This document shows, in pieces, positions 19,978 through 28,800 of a stretch of DNA of 64,000 bases. The first letter of the stretch is position 1. Each line of letters opens with the position of its first letter. Below the pieces are notes generated by a model that searched no databases, was not told the DNA's origin, and saw only the letters and a program-made list of their open reading frames with translations. Both the position numbers and the translations under genes were made by a program. The stretch lies in sequence record ON528746. One strand, 5' to 3'. This DNA is from Shigella phage ESh36.

Positions 19978-20979
19978 TTACTTAATTAACTGTAAAGCTT
20001 GTTCCAAACGATCAAGGCGATTAACAGATTCTTCCCAAATCCTTTTAGCACTTTCATATTCTTTTTCTGCTTTATTTTTAATTTCTAAAGCTTCTTTATA
20101 AGCTTTTTCTAGTGCAATAACTTCTGGACGAATTTCTATTGGCTCAGGAGAATCATCGAGCCAATCCATCAATTCTTCAAGTGTGGTTTCTTCTTTAGGA
20201 GCATTCACAATTTCTTCACATTTCTTCTGATGAATTTCTTTATCTGTTAGTGAATAAGTACATTTCACTTCACGAAGACTAACTACAATTTTATATCCTT
20301 CCCAACCGCATATATTCTTAAAAGGATATGTATGAATATTTTCTACTGTTTCCATACAAAGTAGTGCAGTCTCTAATTGACGAGTTATATCGCTAGCAAT
20401 TGAGAAAAATTTATTGATGTTCTTTTGATTAGCTTCTGGTGTAAAAAATTCATAATTCACAAAAATAGCTGCTTTATTTTTATCAAGTTCATATTCTTTT
20501 ATGATAATCATATCAGAAGCCCAAGGATGAATTTGACGATAATCGCCATAACATAATTTAGAAGCTGATTTTAGAATCTGTCCTTTGAAAAGTCTGAAAT
20601 TACTGATCCAACGACGAGTAAAAATATTCTCAGGGTCTTCTTTATTATTAAGATGATATGAATTAACATCACCGAACCAATTATATCCTACTACATCTTT
20701 AGTTCGTTTAATTTCTTTCCCAAATTTACCAAGAATATCTTGGTTAACTAAATATGAAAGAAGACGAGACCCTTTAAAGGTTTCCTTAATATCATCTTTA
20801 TATTCGCGACTAGAAATTTTATGAACTTCATGAATAAATTTGCTGGAAGAAACAATACTTGCATCAGTATTATTGAGCCATTGATTGATAATGGAAATAA
20901 CGCTATTCTGACTAGACACAGGTTTAACTTTATCATCAATAACGCTATTGAATGATTTGATATATTCGTTACGAGTCAT
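19978..20979 (-). CDS. Hypothetical protein with C-terminal coiled coil (nrdC.4 position)
   Basis: 333 aa from the ATG at 20979 with strong SD; the ORF-track start at 21030 lies inside the promoter. Confidence 0.5.
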   Translation of the reverse strand: MTRNEYIKSFNSVIDDKVKPVSSQNSVISIINQWLNNTDASIVSSSKFIHEVHKISSREYKDDIKETFKGSRLLSYLVNQDILGKFGKEIKRTKDVVGYNWFGDVNSYHLNNKEDPENIFTRRWISNFRLFKGQILKSASKLCYGDYRQIHPWASDMIIIKEYELDKNKAAIFVNYEFFTPEANQKNINKFFSIASDITRQLETALLCMETVENIHTYPFKNICGWEGYKIVVSLREVKCTYSLTDKEIHQKKCEEIVNAPKEETTLEELMDWLDDSPEPIEIRPEVIALEKAYKEALEIKNKAEKEYESAKRIWEESVNRLDRLEQALQLIK

Positions 20980-21005
20980 ATTAATCTCCTCAGTAGAAAG
21001 TAAGA

Positions 21006-21039
21006 ACATTATACCACATCCTTGTGGCAAAGTAAACTA
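21006..21039 (-). promoter_or_regulatory. T4-type early promoter
   Basis: Transcribed strand GTTTAC-18 bp-TATAAT. Confidence 0.6.
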
Positions 21040-22059
21040 GTTTAGTGCATTTAGTGCATTGTTCAGTTTAGAACGTTGCTTTGTCAGATTTTGAACCCTT
21101 GACTGAGCTTGTTCTAACACCTTTTCAGTTTCTAGCACTTCATTGGTCGCTTTAACGAGTTCATCATCTACTGCCTTAAGAGACTTCTCAATCGCGTCAG
21201 CGTGCCATTTTTCTACAGGTTTAAAATTTGAATTTTCAGTAGGAAGAAAACTCACTTTATTAAGTTTACATGCATCTATATTGCTTGAGCTATACATCCA
21301 AAATTTAGGATCGTTTGATGAGTAATTGGATAAATTTAAGATATCTTGCACTTCCTGCTTTTTCTCTTGCGGGACTTCGTCCTTTCTCAAAAAATCGTAT
21401 TTAAATGAAACGAACATATCAAGTTCATATGTTGTTGTGTCTAATTTAAATCGTTCGAAATGCTGTGAAATCTTAGACTGAACAGTGGCAACAACATCCA
21501 TATACTTAAATGCTTCTGTCAACTGCGATTTAAGGCATTCGCAAATTGAAAGAGAATTTTTTGTATTAGGTTTAAAGCTAATTCGCGCAGTTCTGTTATT
21601 TTCTTTTAATGGTCTTACTTCCATCTGAAGAGTATAACCATCAAATTTCAGGTTCTTTAAGTTAATGTCAGAACCTTTTAATCGACTAGCAGTCGACAAA
21701 ATTTGCTTTAATTGTCTACGGAACAGAGCAATAAATCTCCATTCAATACGATAATGATTTGGATTGAAAAATCCAGATGATAAATCGACCTTACTTTGAC
21801 CAACACCTTGAACAAATAGAGGATTTTTATAATCAATAGTTTTACAGAAATCGGTGAGCTGTTCACGAGCAGTCATTTGAGTAATATACCCAGCTTCATT
21901 AAAATTACGCACCCATTCACTGCTGTTCAGATGTTTAAAGGCGTGAATGGAACAATTAACTTTATCAGGGTCTAAATTATTTTCACACAAAAATGTCATA
22001 ACATTACGAGTATCGCTGGCAGTACGAACCATATCTTCAATTTGAGAACGAGTTTTCAT
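21037..22059 (-). CDS. Hypothetical protein with C-terminal coiled coil (nrdC.5 position)
   Basis: 340 aa; tail ...VLEQAQSRVQNLTKQRSKLNNALNALN. Confidence 0.5.
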   Translation of the reverse strand: MKTRSQIEDMVRTASDTRNVMTFLCENNLDPDKVNCSIHAFKHLNSSEWVRNFNEAGYITQMTAREQLTDFCKTIDYKNPLFVQGVGQSKVDLSSGFFNPNHYRIEWRFIALFRRQLKQILSTASRLKGSDINLKNLKFDGYTLQMEVRPLKENNRTARISFKPNTKNSLSICECLKSQLTEAFKYMDVVATVQSKISQHFERFKLDTTTYELDMFVSFKYDFLRKDEVPQEKKQEVQDILNLSNYSSNDPKFWMYSSSNIDACKLNKVSFLPTENSNFKPVEKWHADAIEKSLKAVDDELVKATNEVLETEKVLEQAQSRVQNLTKQRSKLNNALNALN

Positions 22060-22067
22060 GGTATTCC

Positions 22068-22976
22068 TTAAGATTTAAGTAAATCGACAATTTTAATTAA
22101 CTTTTCACGCTCAGATTTAGCTTTACTACTCAGTCCAGATAGTCTGAAAATTTCATCATCATATTGTTGAATAGAAATATTCAGCTCTTCAATTTGCTTA
22201 TTAAAATAATCAATTTGTTCAGAATGTTTTTCGTTACTACGAACTGGTGCAGGTTTTGTAGGCAATTTAGTTGAACTGGATTCATCCGGGCGATAAATTA
22301 AAATACAACTTGAACCAATCGGACATTTAGCACCAGACACATATTCTAATGTTCCGGCTTCTTTTAAAACTTCAAAAGCTAAACAGAGATGATGCCCCAT
22401 ATTGACATAATCTGTAGAGTGAGCTCTGATGTAATAATCATCTCCGCGAATACTAAATTTAAAGCATTTAAGGTCTTCTGTATTATTGGTCTTAAAAATC
22501 ATTTGTTTATCTAGACCTTTAGCTAATCGAGCGCCCAATGCTAATAATCGTCGTTGATTTTCCCACAAATCCGCAATCATTTGGTCAAATGATAATTTCG
22601 GCATTAGTCGACCATAAAGGTCATATCCTTTATTATAATTACGAAGGATTTCACTCGCGTTAATACGAGACAACGCTCCAATTTTATTAAGGGCTTTCAT
22701 AATGCGATTAGATAAAAGCATTCCAGACCCGTTTGTTCGTTGTAAATGTTTTTCTAATCCAAATCCAATATCAACTTTAAACTTATCTAAAATTTCAGCA
22801 TGAACATCTCTGTCAATAACATTCAAATCCAAAGTTGGGTTAAATCTATGAAAAAATTTATCTGGCTCTCCACGACGAAGTACAGTCCATTCATTTGATT
22901 TTTTATTAACTAAAGATTTAATTACTGCATTGACATTATTAATTACTACTGACATATTTTCCTCACTCAATTTCAA
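22068..22976 (-). CDS. Hypothetical protein with C-terminal coiled coil (nrdC.6 position)
   Basis: 302 aa; tail ...EIFRLSGLSSKAKSEREKLIKIVDLLKS. Confidence 0.5.
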   Translation of the reverse strand: MKLSEENMSVVINNVNAVIKSLVNKKSNEWTVLRRGEPDKFFHRFNPTLDLNVIDRDVHAEILDKFKVDIGFGLEKHLQRTNGSGMLLSNRIMKALNKIGALSRINASEILRNYNKGYDLYGRLMPKLSFDQMIADLWENQRRLLALGARLAKGLDKQMIFKTNNTEDLKCFKFSIRGDDYYIRAHSTDYVNMGHHLCLAFEVLKEAGTLEYVSGAKCPIGSSCILIYRPDESSSTKLPTKPAPVRSNEKHSEQIDYFNKQIEELNISIQQYDDEIFRLSGLSSKAKSEREKLIKIVDLLKS

Positions 22977-23370
22977 TTTTACTAAATATACAGAATAAGA
23001 TGGAACAGACTATATAAGCACCACACACAGATTGAACTAATACCATTCCAAAGAACCAAACAATATTATCAAACAATGTCTGTTTTACGTCGAAAGGACG
23101 TAAACTTACAGTAATATTATCACCTTTTTCTATTGAAGAATACATCTCTGGGGAAATATATTCACTAAATCTATAACCGTCTTTTAGTTCATATACGGCA
23201 ATAAACGATAAACTAGACCCTTTTCCTTGTGTTCCTGTAATGGTATTAACTACAGTAACATCATAATCTTTATAATGCATATAATCATTAATTGCGTAAT
23301 AACCATATGCAACTACTACACATAAACAACATATCAATAAATTCAATCTTTTAATTATCAACCGTTTCAT
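22963..23370 (-). CDS. Membrane protein (nrdC.7 position)
   Basis: 135 aa; N- and C-terminal hydrophobic segments. Confidence 0.45.
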   Translation of the reverse strand: MKRLIIKRLNLLICCLCVVVAYGYYAINDYMHYKDYDVTVVNTITGTQGKGSSLSFIAVYELKDGYRFSEYISPEMYSSIEKGDNITVSLRPFDVKQTLFDNIVWFFGMVLVQSVCGAYIVCSILFCIFSKIEIE

Positions 23371-23425
23371 AATAATCTCAATTAAAAGGGCTTAGAACCA
23401 TTATACCATCCTTGGTATAAAGCGG

Positions 23426-23953
23426 TTATGCGAGTACCGTCTTTAACCGTTCTTCAAACTTCCGAAGAGTATTTTGGCGTTCAGCTCTTTGCTTTTTGTA
23501 AGTTTCAATACGCTCTGAAATGAGAGTGTATCGTTCATTTACCGATTCTTTCATAAAATCAGGAATTTCACGAGAAGCTTTAATCTCGTCAAATTTATCA
23601 ATAACAGCTTGTTCTTCAGCAATTAAGTTATCATACATTAAAATATCTTTCTTGATGAACTCAATATCTTCTTGAGTTACACGAGATAATTTAGATGCTT
23701 TATCCTTTTTGTACTGTTCGTTAGTATCACGAGACCAGTGTAATGTACGATTTTTATTCGTATTCTTGTAAATTTCTACAATACCAATCTCATCAATAAT
23801 AACGATCCAATTCCAACGGGATTTGTAAATTTGTCCTCCATCAACAGTGATTTCACCTCCGATTGAGATGTCATTAAAGAACTTGCTTTGTGCTTCAGAT
23901 TTAAATTTACCATCGTTGTAATTTACCAAGTTGAAAATATCTTTAGCGTTCAT
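23426..23953 (-). CDS. Hypothetical protein (nrdC.8 position)
   Basis: 175 aa; SD GGAGG before ATG; early promoter immediately upstream. Confidence 0.5.
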   Translation of the reverse strand: MNAKDIFNLVNYNDGKFKSEAQSKFFNDISIGGEITVDGGQIYKSRWNWIVIIDEIGIVEIYKNTNKNRTLHWSRDTNEQYKKDKASKLSRVTQEDIEFIKKDILMYDNLIAEEQAVIDKFDEIKASREIPDFMKESVNERYTLISERIETYKKQRAERQNTLRKFEERLKTVLA

Positions 23954-23979
23954 TTTCTGTTCCTCCGTAGTTGATAGTT

Positions 23980-24013
23980 GTATAGTACCACAGAGGAACA
24001 GTCTTGTAAACCA
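23980..24013 (-). promoter_or_regulatory. T4-type early promoter
   Basis: GTTTAC-18 bp-TACTAT on transcribed strand. Confidence 0.6.
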
Positions 24014-24328
24014 CTAAAAGAAACTTCTTTCACAATTTTTTCCACTGAACCAGGCGCTCACTGCTTTCTTAGTCTCAGGAGCAGTGTTATCCATAAACCA
24101 TTCAAAGGCAGCCTTTTTATGATTCTGGAGGGCTTCTCGGGCTTTAATCTGCTCACGGTCTATTAACACTAACATATGAGCCTTTCTTGTCACCATGGGC
24201 TTCTTATGATTTTTTGAATACTCCCAGTCATTTGTCCATCGCATTGTCGTTGCGAACTTAAATACTGCTTCTTTAATTTTAGTTTCGTAAATTTCACGAG
24301 CCTTTGAGTATAACATCATTACCTCCAT
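24014..24328 (-). CDS. Hypothetical protein (nrdC.9 position)
   Basis: 104 aa ORF. Confidence 0.45.
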   Translation of the reverse strand: MEVMMLYSKAREIYETKIKEAVFKFATTMRWTNDWEYSKNHKKPMVTRKAHMLVLIDREQIKAREALQNHKKAAFEWFMDNTAPETKKAVSAWFSGKNCERSFF

Positions 24329-24417
24329 TCACCAGTTTAATTCTAGTCATCTTTTTAATGGCAATCCATATAATCTATTTCTGAACTGCCTTTTTGTCAT
24401 AGAAGTCCTCTTATGAA

Positions 24418-25404
24418 TTATTTCAGAAGAGTAACCTCAGCAATTTCTTCCCAACCGTTTTTGTCGGTCATAATAAAGTCAGCAAGATAAAGAGCAGTAC
24501 GCAGTGAAACATTGCGTAAACGATTAACATTAACTTTCATCCATGATAATGCTTTATAAGTTTCTTCATCAGAAAGACCGCGCTTTTGCATCATGTCAGT
24601 TGAAAGAATAACATCTTCAACCCTGACCATAATTTCTTCATTAGTGTGAACACCCAAATCTAAATAAACTGAGCGGGACACTAATGCTTGTAAATGTGGA
24701 GCAAGTTTAGTACCACGGTCTAATTCGCGGTCAATGTCAACGTTTGTGATAAAAACAATCGTTCCTTTAAATTCAAACTCACGCTCAATGCCTTTTTCTT
24801 CTAAGTAAGAAGATGCAGTGCTCCAGCAGACTTTACGGGTCTCTCCGGTGTCCAGAGCGGCTTTTAGAAGATTAAGAATGTCCATATCAGAGAAAACATC
24901 CACATCATCAATCAAAAGGACAGAATTCTCTTCACGATTATTCCAGAGCTGTTCATAAAGACCAATACCAGAGATTTTACCGTTAATGCTTTTATATTCA
25001 ATGTATCCCTTATCATTTGCTTTATTCAAAGCTTTATCTAAAGAATACGTTTTACCAATACCCGCCGCACCAGAGATAATTAATGAACGAATGTTTCCGT
25101 TAATAATACCATTCGTCATCATTCCCATAACATTAAATCTTTTATTAATGCGGGTTTTCATATCTTCATATGATTCTTTAACTTCTTCAACTTTTACACC
25201 ATCATATGAAATGTCTGATTTGTAAACCCAAACACCGCGACGCTTACCGTCAATTTCAACAAAAACTTTACCATCTCCTTGTGCATCTACCGGAGCATTA
25301 TCTGGGAACCATTCACCTAAGAGCTCAAAAGTTCCAGAGATTTCTTTACCGAAGTAGATACCCTTATTGATAGTTACAGTTTTCATTTTATTCTCCAATC
25401 TCAC
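24418..25404 (-). CDS. P-loop ATPase (AAA-like; nrdC.10 position)
   Basis: 328 aa; Walker A GAAGIGKTY and Walker B-like LLIDDVD. Confidence 0.55.
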   Translation of the reverse strand: MRLENKMKTVTINKGIYFGKEISGTFELLGEWFPDNAPVDAQGDGKVFVEIDGKRRGVWVYKSDISYDGVKVEEVKESYEDMKTRINKRFNVMGMMTNGIINGNIRSLIISGAAGIGKTYSLDKALNKANDKGYIEYKSINGKISGIGLYEQLWNNREENSVLLIDDVDVFSDMDILNLLKAALDTGETRKVCWSTASSYLEEKGIEREFEFKGTIVFITNVDIDRELDRGTKLAPHLQALVSRSVYLDLGVHTNEEIMVRVEDVILSTDMMQKRGLSDEETYKALSWMKVNVNRLRNVSLRTALYLADFIMTDKNGWEEIAEVTLLK

Positions 25405-25420
25405 ATTTGTTTTGATAGGG

Positions 25421-25454
25421 TAATAGTATCACACTACTACCCTTCTGTAAACAA
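25421..25454 (-). promoter_or_regulatory. T4-type early promoter
   Basis: GTTTAC-18 bp-TACTAT. Confidence 0.6.
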
Positions 25455-25455
25455 T

Positions 25456-25719
25456 TTATTTTAACGTTCGCCAAATTTTTACTGCTTCACGGCGAGATAC
25501 TTCTACAGCTCCAAGTTCTATAGCTTTTTGGCGTCGGCGAGCGTGTAAGTCATAATGTTTAATGCGTTTATCTTGAAACCAAGAACGTTTCATTCCTATT
25601 GCTTCTGCCATTTCATGAAGCTCTTCAATATCTCCATCAGTGAACATATGACAATTTTTAGTTGGATGACCGCGAAGTTTCCATCCATGATTCATTAAAA
25701 CATCTACGTAAACTGTCAT
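25456..25719 (-). CDS. Hypothetical protein (nrdC.11 position)
   Basis: 87 aa ORF. Confidence 0.45.
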   Translation of the reverse strand: MTVYVDVLMNHGWKLRGHPTKNCHMFTDGDIEELHEMAEAIGMKRSWFQDKRIKHYDLHARRRQKAIELGAVEVSRREAVKIWRTLK

Positions 25720-25865
25720 TGATTCTTCTCCAAATAAGTTTCGATAATTTTCTGAGCGAGATAAACCGCGTTATCTTCAGTTGCGTCTTCTAAGAAACTT
25801 TCAAAACACTCTGAAATTTCTTCTGTGTCAATCAACTTTTTTACTTCAATTGGTGTAATTTTCAT
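25716..25865 (-). CDS. Hypothetical small protein; start moved to the ATG downstream of the promoter
   Basis: ORF-track 25716..25982 runs through the promoter; ATG at 25865 with GGAG SD gives 49 aa (MKITPIEVKK...). Confidence 0.35.
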   Translation of the reverse strand: MKITPIEVKKLIDTEEISECFESFLEDATEDNAVYLAQKIIETYLEKNQ

Positions 25866-25897
25866 TTTATTCTCCAAATCCGTATCAGTTGATAGTT

Positions 25898-25931
25898 GTA
25901 TAGTACCATAAAGCTTTATGCTTGTAAACCA
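25898..25931 (-). promoter_or_regulatory. T4-type early promoter
   Basis: GTTTAC-18 bp-TACTAT with AT-rich UP-like tract. Confidence 0.6.
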
Positions 25932-25959
25932 CTTTGTGAAAAATTTTTGAAATAAAAAA

Positions 25960-25975
25960 GGAGCCCGAAGGCTCC
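25960..25975 (-). terminator. Intrinsic terminator after the nucleotidyltransferase-fold gene
   Basis: GGAGCC-CGAA-GGCTCC hairpin followed on the transcript by UUUUUUAUUUC. Confidence 0.65.
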
Positions 25976-25978
25976 CTA

Positions 25979-26989
25979 TCATTTATAATAACTTCGGTGG
26001 TTTTCAAGATAAACCCTCTCAAGGAAGTCATCCCAAAAACCCATGTCTACTTTTTGCTGCATACCGTTCTTAGAAGCTTCAGTAGATGCTGCTTCTACTT
26101 GATCGACCACATCTTCCAAAAACTCTTGAACCGTTTTAAATGGATGCTTACCCAACTTCACGTCGAGAATAAAGGGAGCATCTTGGAGTGGATAAATCAA
26201 GTCGCCAGTTTTGTAAATTTCCAATAGTTGAAGTCCACCACGACAAGCATGGCTCAGAGCTTTCCAGTCAATGCCTTCGTTGGCTTCGGCTTTACGAGCA
26301 CGTTCACCGTATTCAGCATCTAATTTGTTCAGTGACTGCTTAAGCTCAATAAGAGAAAGCGTTGTCTGATATTTACGACCCAACACAGTGTAGAACGTTT
26401 GTGGACCTGTTTTCTCATGATTATGGAATACCCATTCACAGAATTCGTTCTCTGGAAGACGATGCTTAATATCTTCAACTTTAGTACGACGCTGCTTAAT
26501 GGAACCGTCTTCTTGGTAATCAATCCACTGCTCAGGGATTTGATTAACTACTTTCAATACATCACGTAATGCAGCCAAACGAGAACCCTTAACGCCGTAT
26601 TTAGAAGCTTGCTTGCGAACATATCCTAAATAGGATTTCATGTTAGTCGTATAAAAACGAGAACGGTTGTCTTGAATAAACTTCCACACATCAGGCAAAT
26701 CAGATTTAACCACTAGTTCAGGTGGAGTGTGAAGCATATCTAATGCTACAGTTTCACCATCTGCTGCTAATTTAAAGAAATATTTAAGACTGTATAGTTC
26801 ATGGTCAATATCATCTTTAGTGTTTTTAGATGATGTGTTGTTAGTATTTTTACTCATGTGCTCTTTAACATTTCCAATAAGAATATCGCGAGCAGGAGGA
26901 ACAAAGATTTCTTTAAAATCTACATCAGATTCTGGAGTAGAAGTTCCATAAAGATGACTACCAAAATAAGACTTAACTACAGTTTTCAT
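25979..26989 (-). CDS. Polymerase-beta-type nucleotidyltransferase-fold protein (function unknown)
   Basis: 336 aa; N-terminal GS-x9-DxD motif (YFGSHLYGTSTPESDVDF) with a downstream acidic residue (ALDMLH); ~230 aa helical C-terminal region; TAATG-coupled to the upstream membrane gene. Confidence 0.6.
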   Translation of the reverse strand: MKTVVKSYFGSHLYGTSTPESDVDFKEIFVPPARDILIGNVKEHMSKNTNNTSSKNTKDDIDHELYSLKYFFKLAADGETVALDMLHTPPELVVKSDLPDVWKFIQDNRSRFYTTNMKSYLGYVRKQASKYGVKGSRLAALRDVLKVVNQIPEQWIDYQEDGSIKQRRTKVEDIKHRLPENEFCEWVFHNHEKTGPQTFYTVLGRKYQTTLSLIELKQSLNKLDAEYGERARKAEANEGIDWKALSHACRGGLQLLEIYKTGDLIYPLQDAPFILDVKLGKHPFKTVQEFLEDVVDQVEAASTEASKNGMQQKVDMGFWDDFLERVYLENHRSYYK

Positions 26990-27462
26990 TATTCAGCCTT
27001 ATATTCAATAACAGGACATACTTTAGCTTTACGAGCTTTTAAAAATTCAACGATAATCGATTTCTTGGGTTGAATAGGAGGTAAACCTTTATACGCCCTA
27101 TCAATATTTTCTATGTGTAAAGCATAATCCTTTTTCCATTTATAATCTTTATATTTTTCATACAAATGCGCAGGAATAACAAATGAACCGATAATAAGTA
27201 AAACAACCAAAAGCGCAAGTATAAATGCTGATGGAAGAAGAGTCCATAAACTACCGAAAATAAGCCAACGTTGTAGGCTTTCTGCACAAATAATTGTTAG
27301 ACCTGCGAGTATAGTACATCCGAAAAAAGAAACGAAAAATGTAGGGATAACAATAGACCAAAAGTATGCACACAGTGTCTTAGGTCGTTTCCATTCATCG
27401 TTAAACAGTTTGAATAATTTATAGTGCCAAGAGTTTTCATTAATAATCATAATTATAATCAT
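26989..27462 (-). CDS. Two-TM membrane protein
   Basis: 157 aa; two long hydrophobic segments then a K-rich tail; overlaps both neighbours by 1-4 nt. Confidence 0.5.
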   Translation of the reverse strand: MIIIMIINENSWHYKLFKLFNDEWKRPKTLCAYFWSIVIPTFFVSFFGCTILAGLTIICAESLQRWLIFGSLWTLLPSAFILALLVVLLIIGSFVIPAHLYEKYKDYKWKKDYALHIENIDRAYKGLPPIQPKKSIIVEFLKARKAKVCPVIEYKAE

Positions 27463-27980
27463 CCTTTCATTGAAGGTGTAACAGTTGTTAAATACTTAAT
27501 CATAGCCTCAGCTTCTGATTTTGATAATGAAATTTCTTCATTGTTTTGACGAATAGAAATAAAATCCGGATGACGGTCACCACCAGCTTTTAAAACACAC
27601 ATATAAGTATCAGTTTCATCTTCAATATTTGAAATGATTGAAGCAGTTCCACATGAATGCGGTTTTTGATAAATCAATACAGCTTTTCTTCCGCCATTTG
27701 ACTGTTCATAAACTTTTAACACATCAAACAAATCGCTTCTTTTATCAATAGCTAAGATGTTGTTTTCATCTTCAATATTAAATCCTTCGGATACTTCATA
27801 AAGTGTCACCCATAAATCACCAATATCAATAACAGCGTTCACTTTTCCATGACTTTCAAGAGCATTACAAATTTTCTTAATTTCATCATAACTCATTTTA
27901 ATAATATCATCTCCTTGAATAAGGAAGATGTCATTTTTAAATTCAACACGAATTAAACCACTTCCACTTGAAATAAACAT
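27459..27980 (-). CDS. Hypothetical protein, paralogue A
   Basis: 173 aa; shares EGFNIEDENNILAID and C-terminal SKSEAEAMIKYLTTV with the adjacent 184-aa ORF. Confidence 0.5.
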   Translation of the reverse strand: MFISSGSGLIRVEFKNDIFLIQGDDIIKMSYDEIKKICNALESHGKVNAVIDIGDLWVTLYEVSEGFNIEDENNILAIDKRSDLFDVLKVYEQSNGGRKAVLIYQKPHSCGTASIISNIEDETDTYMCVLKAGGDRHPDFISIRQNNEEISLSKSEAEAMIKYLTTVTPSMKG

Positions 27981-27986
27981 ATTTCC

Positions 27987-28541
27987 TCACTTTGAAATCA
28001 TAATTGGAATGACAGAATCGAGATAAGTCTTTAGCGCAATAGCTTCGTCTTTGGTAAATGTGACAATATACGATCGAAAATCATCAATTTGACGAATAGT
28101 TAAGACATCACCATCTTCATAGCATTTTGAAACATTTAAAATAGTTTCATCATTCTGATTACAGGAGTTAGTAATAATAGCATTACATTTTTTAAACCAT
28201 TTTAAATTATGTTTTCTTTTAGTAGAATCATAAAAATATTTAATGTTAGTTATAAAATTATCCCAATTATTAATTGATAAGCACATTGACTCGCTTTTAA
28301 TATTAAATCCTGGGCATGAAGAATAAAAATTAATTTTATGCTCATCATTAATGCTTACAATTTTATCAGTGTAAGCATATTCAATTTGGGTTAAACGAAC
28401 AATTTCACTAAACGTAAAATATAACATATCGTCTTCTTGCGTCAAACGATACATGTTATTTACTTTTTCTATAGCCAATTCACCAAAAAGCGGACTAACT
28501 TCTAATACTAATCGTTTCATATTAATCCTTTTTATTGGCAC
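27987..28541 (-). CDS. Hypothetical protein, paralogue B
   Basis: 184 aa; PGFNIKSESMCLSINN and TKDEAIALKTYLDSV motifs parallel paralogue A. Confidence 0.5.
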   Translation of the reverse strand: MPIKRINMKRLVLEVSPLFGELAIEKVNNMYRLTQEDDMLYFTFSEIVRLTQIEYAYTDKIVSINDEHKINFYSSCPGFNIKSESMCLSINNWDNFITNIKYFYDSTKRKHNLKWFKKCNAIITNSCNQNDETILNVSKCYEDGDVLTIRQIDDFRSYIVTFTKDEAIALKTYLDSVIPIMISK

Positions 28542-28800
28542 GAATTTGTTCTAAAATTTTAGAGTATTCCTTTGTATCAGATTTACGTACAATCGATACA
28601 CTATACGGCATACTATCGGTGTCTTTTATAAAGCGTTCCAAATGACATTCTAATAAAATTTCTGGATTATAAATCGTGTACATCAAATTACCTGTTGCTC
28701 CACGATATTGACAGACTTCTACTGATTGAACACCATTCCATAATTTTGTTAAGACCAAATCACCTACTTCTAATTTAGGAAAGCCCATGTTATTCACCAA
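28522..28800 (-). CDS. Hypothetical protein
   Basis: 92 aa ORF overlapping neighbours. Confidence 0.4.
   Translation of the reverse strand: MVNNMGFPKLEVGDLVLTKLWNGVQSVEVCQYRGATGNLMYTIYNPEILLECHLERFIKDTDSMPYSVSIVRKSDTKEYSKILEQIRANKKD

Noticed and set aside
25866-25982. Shared GTIQLST peptide at the N-termini of the ORF-track proteins 25716-25982 and 41096-41479
   Set aside because: This is translation of the conserved early-promoter DNA upstream of the real start codons, not a protein motif; starts were moved to 25865 and 41359.
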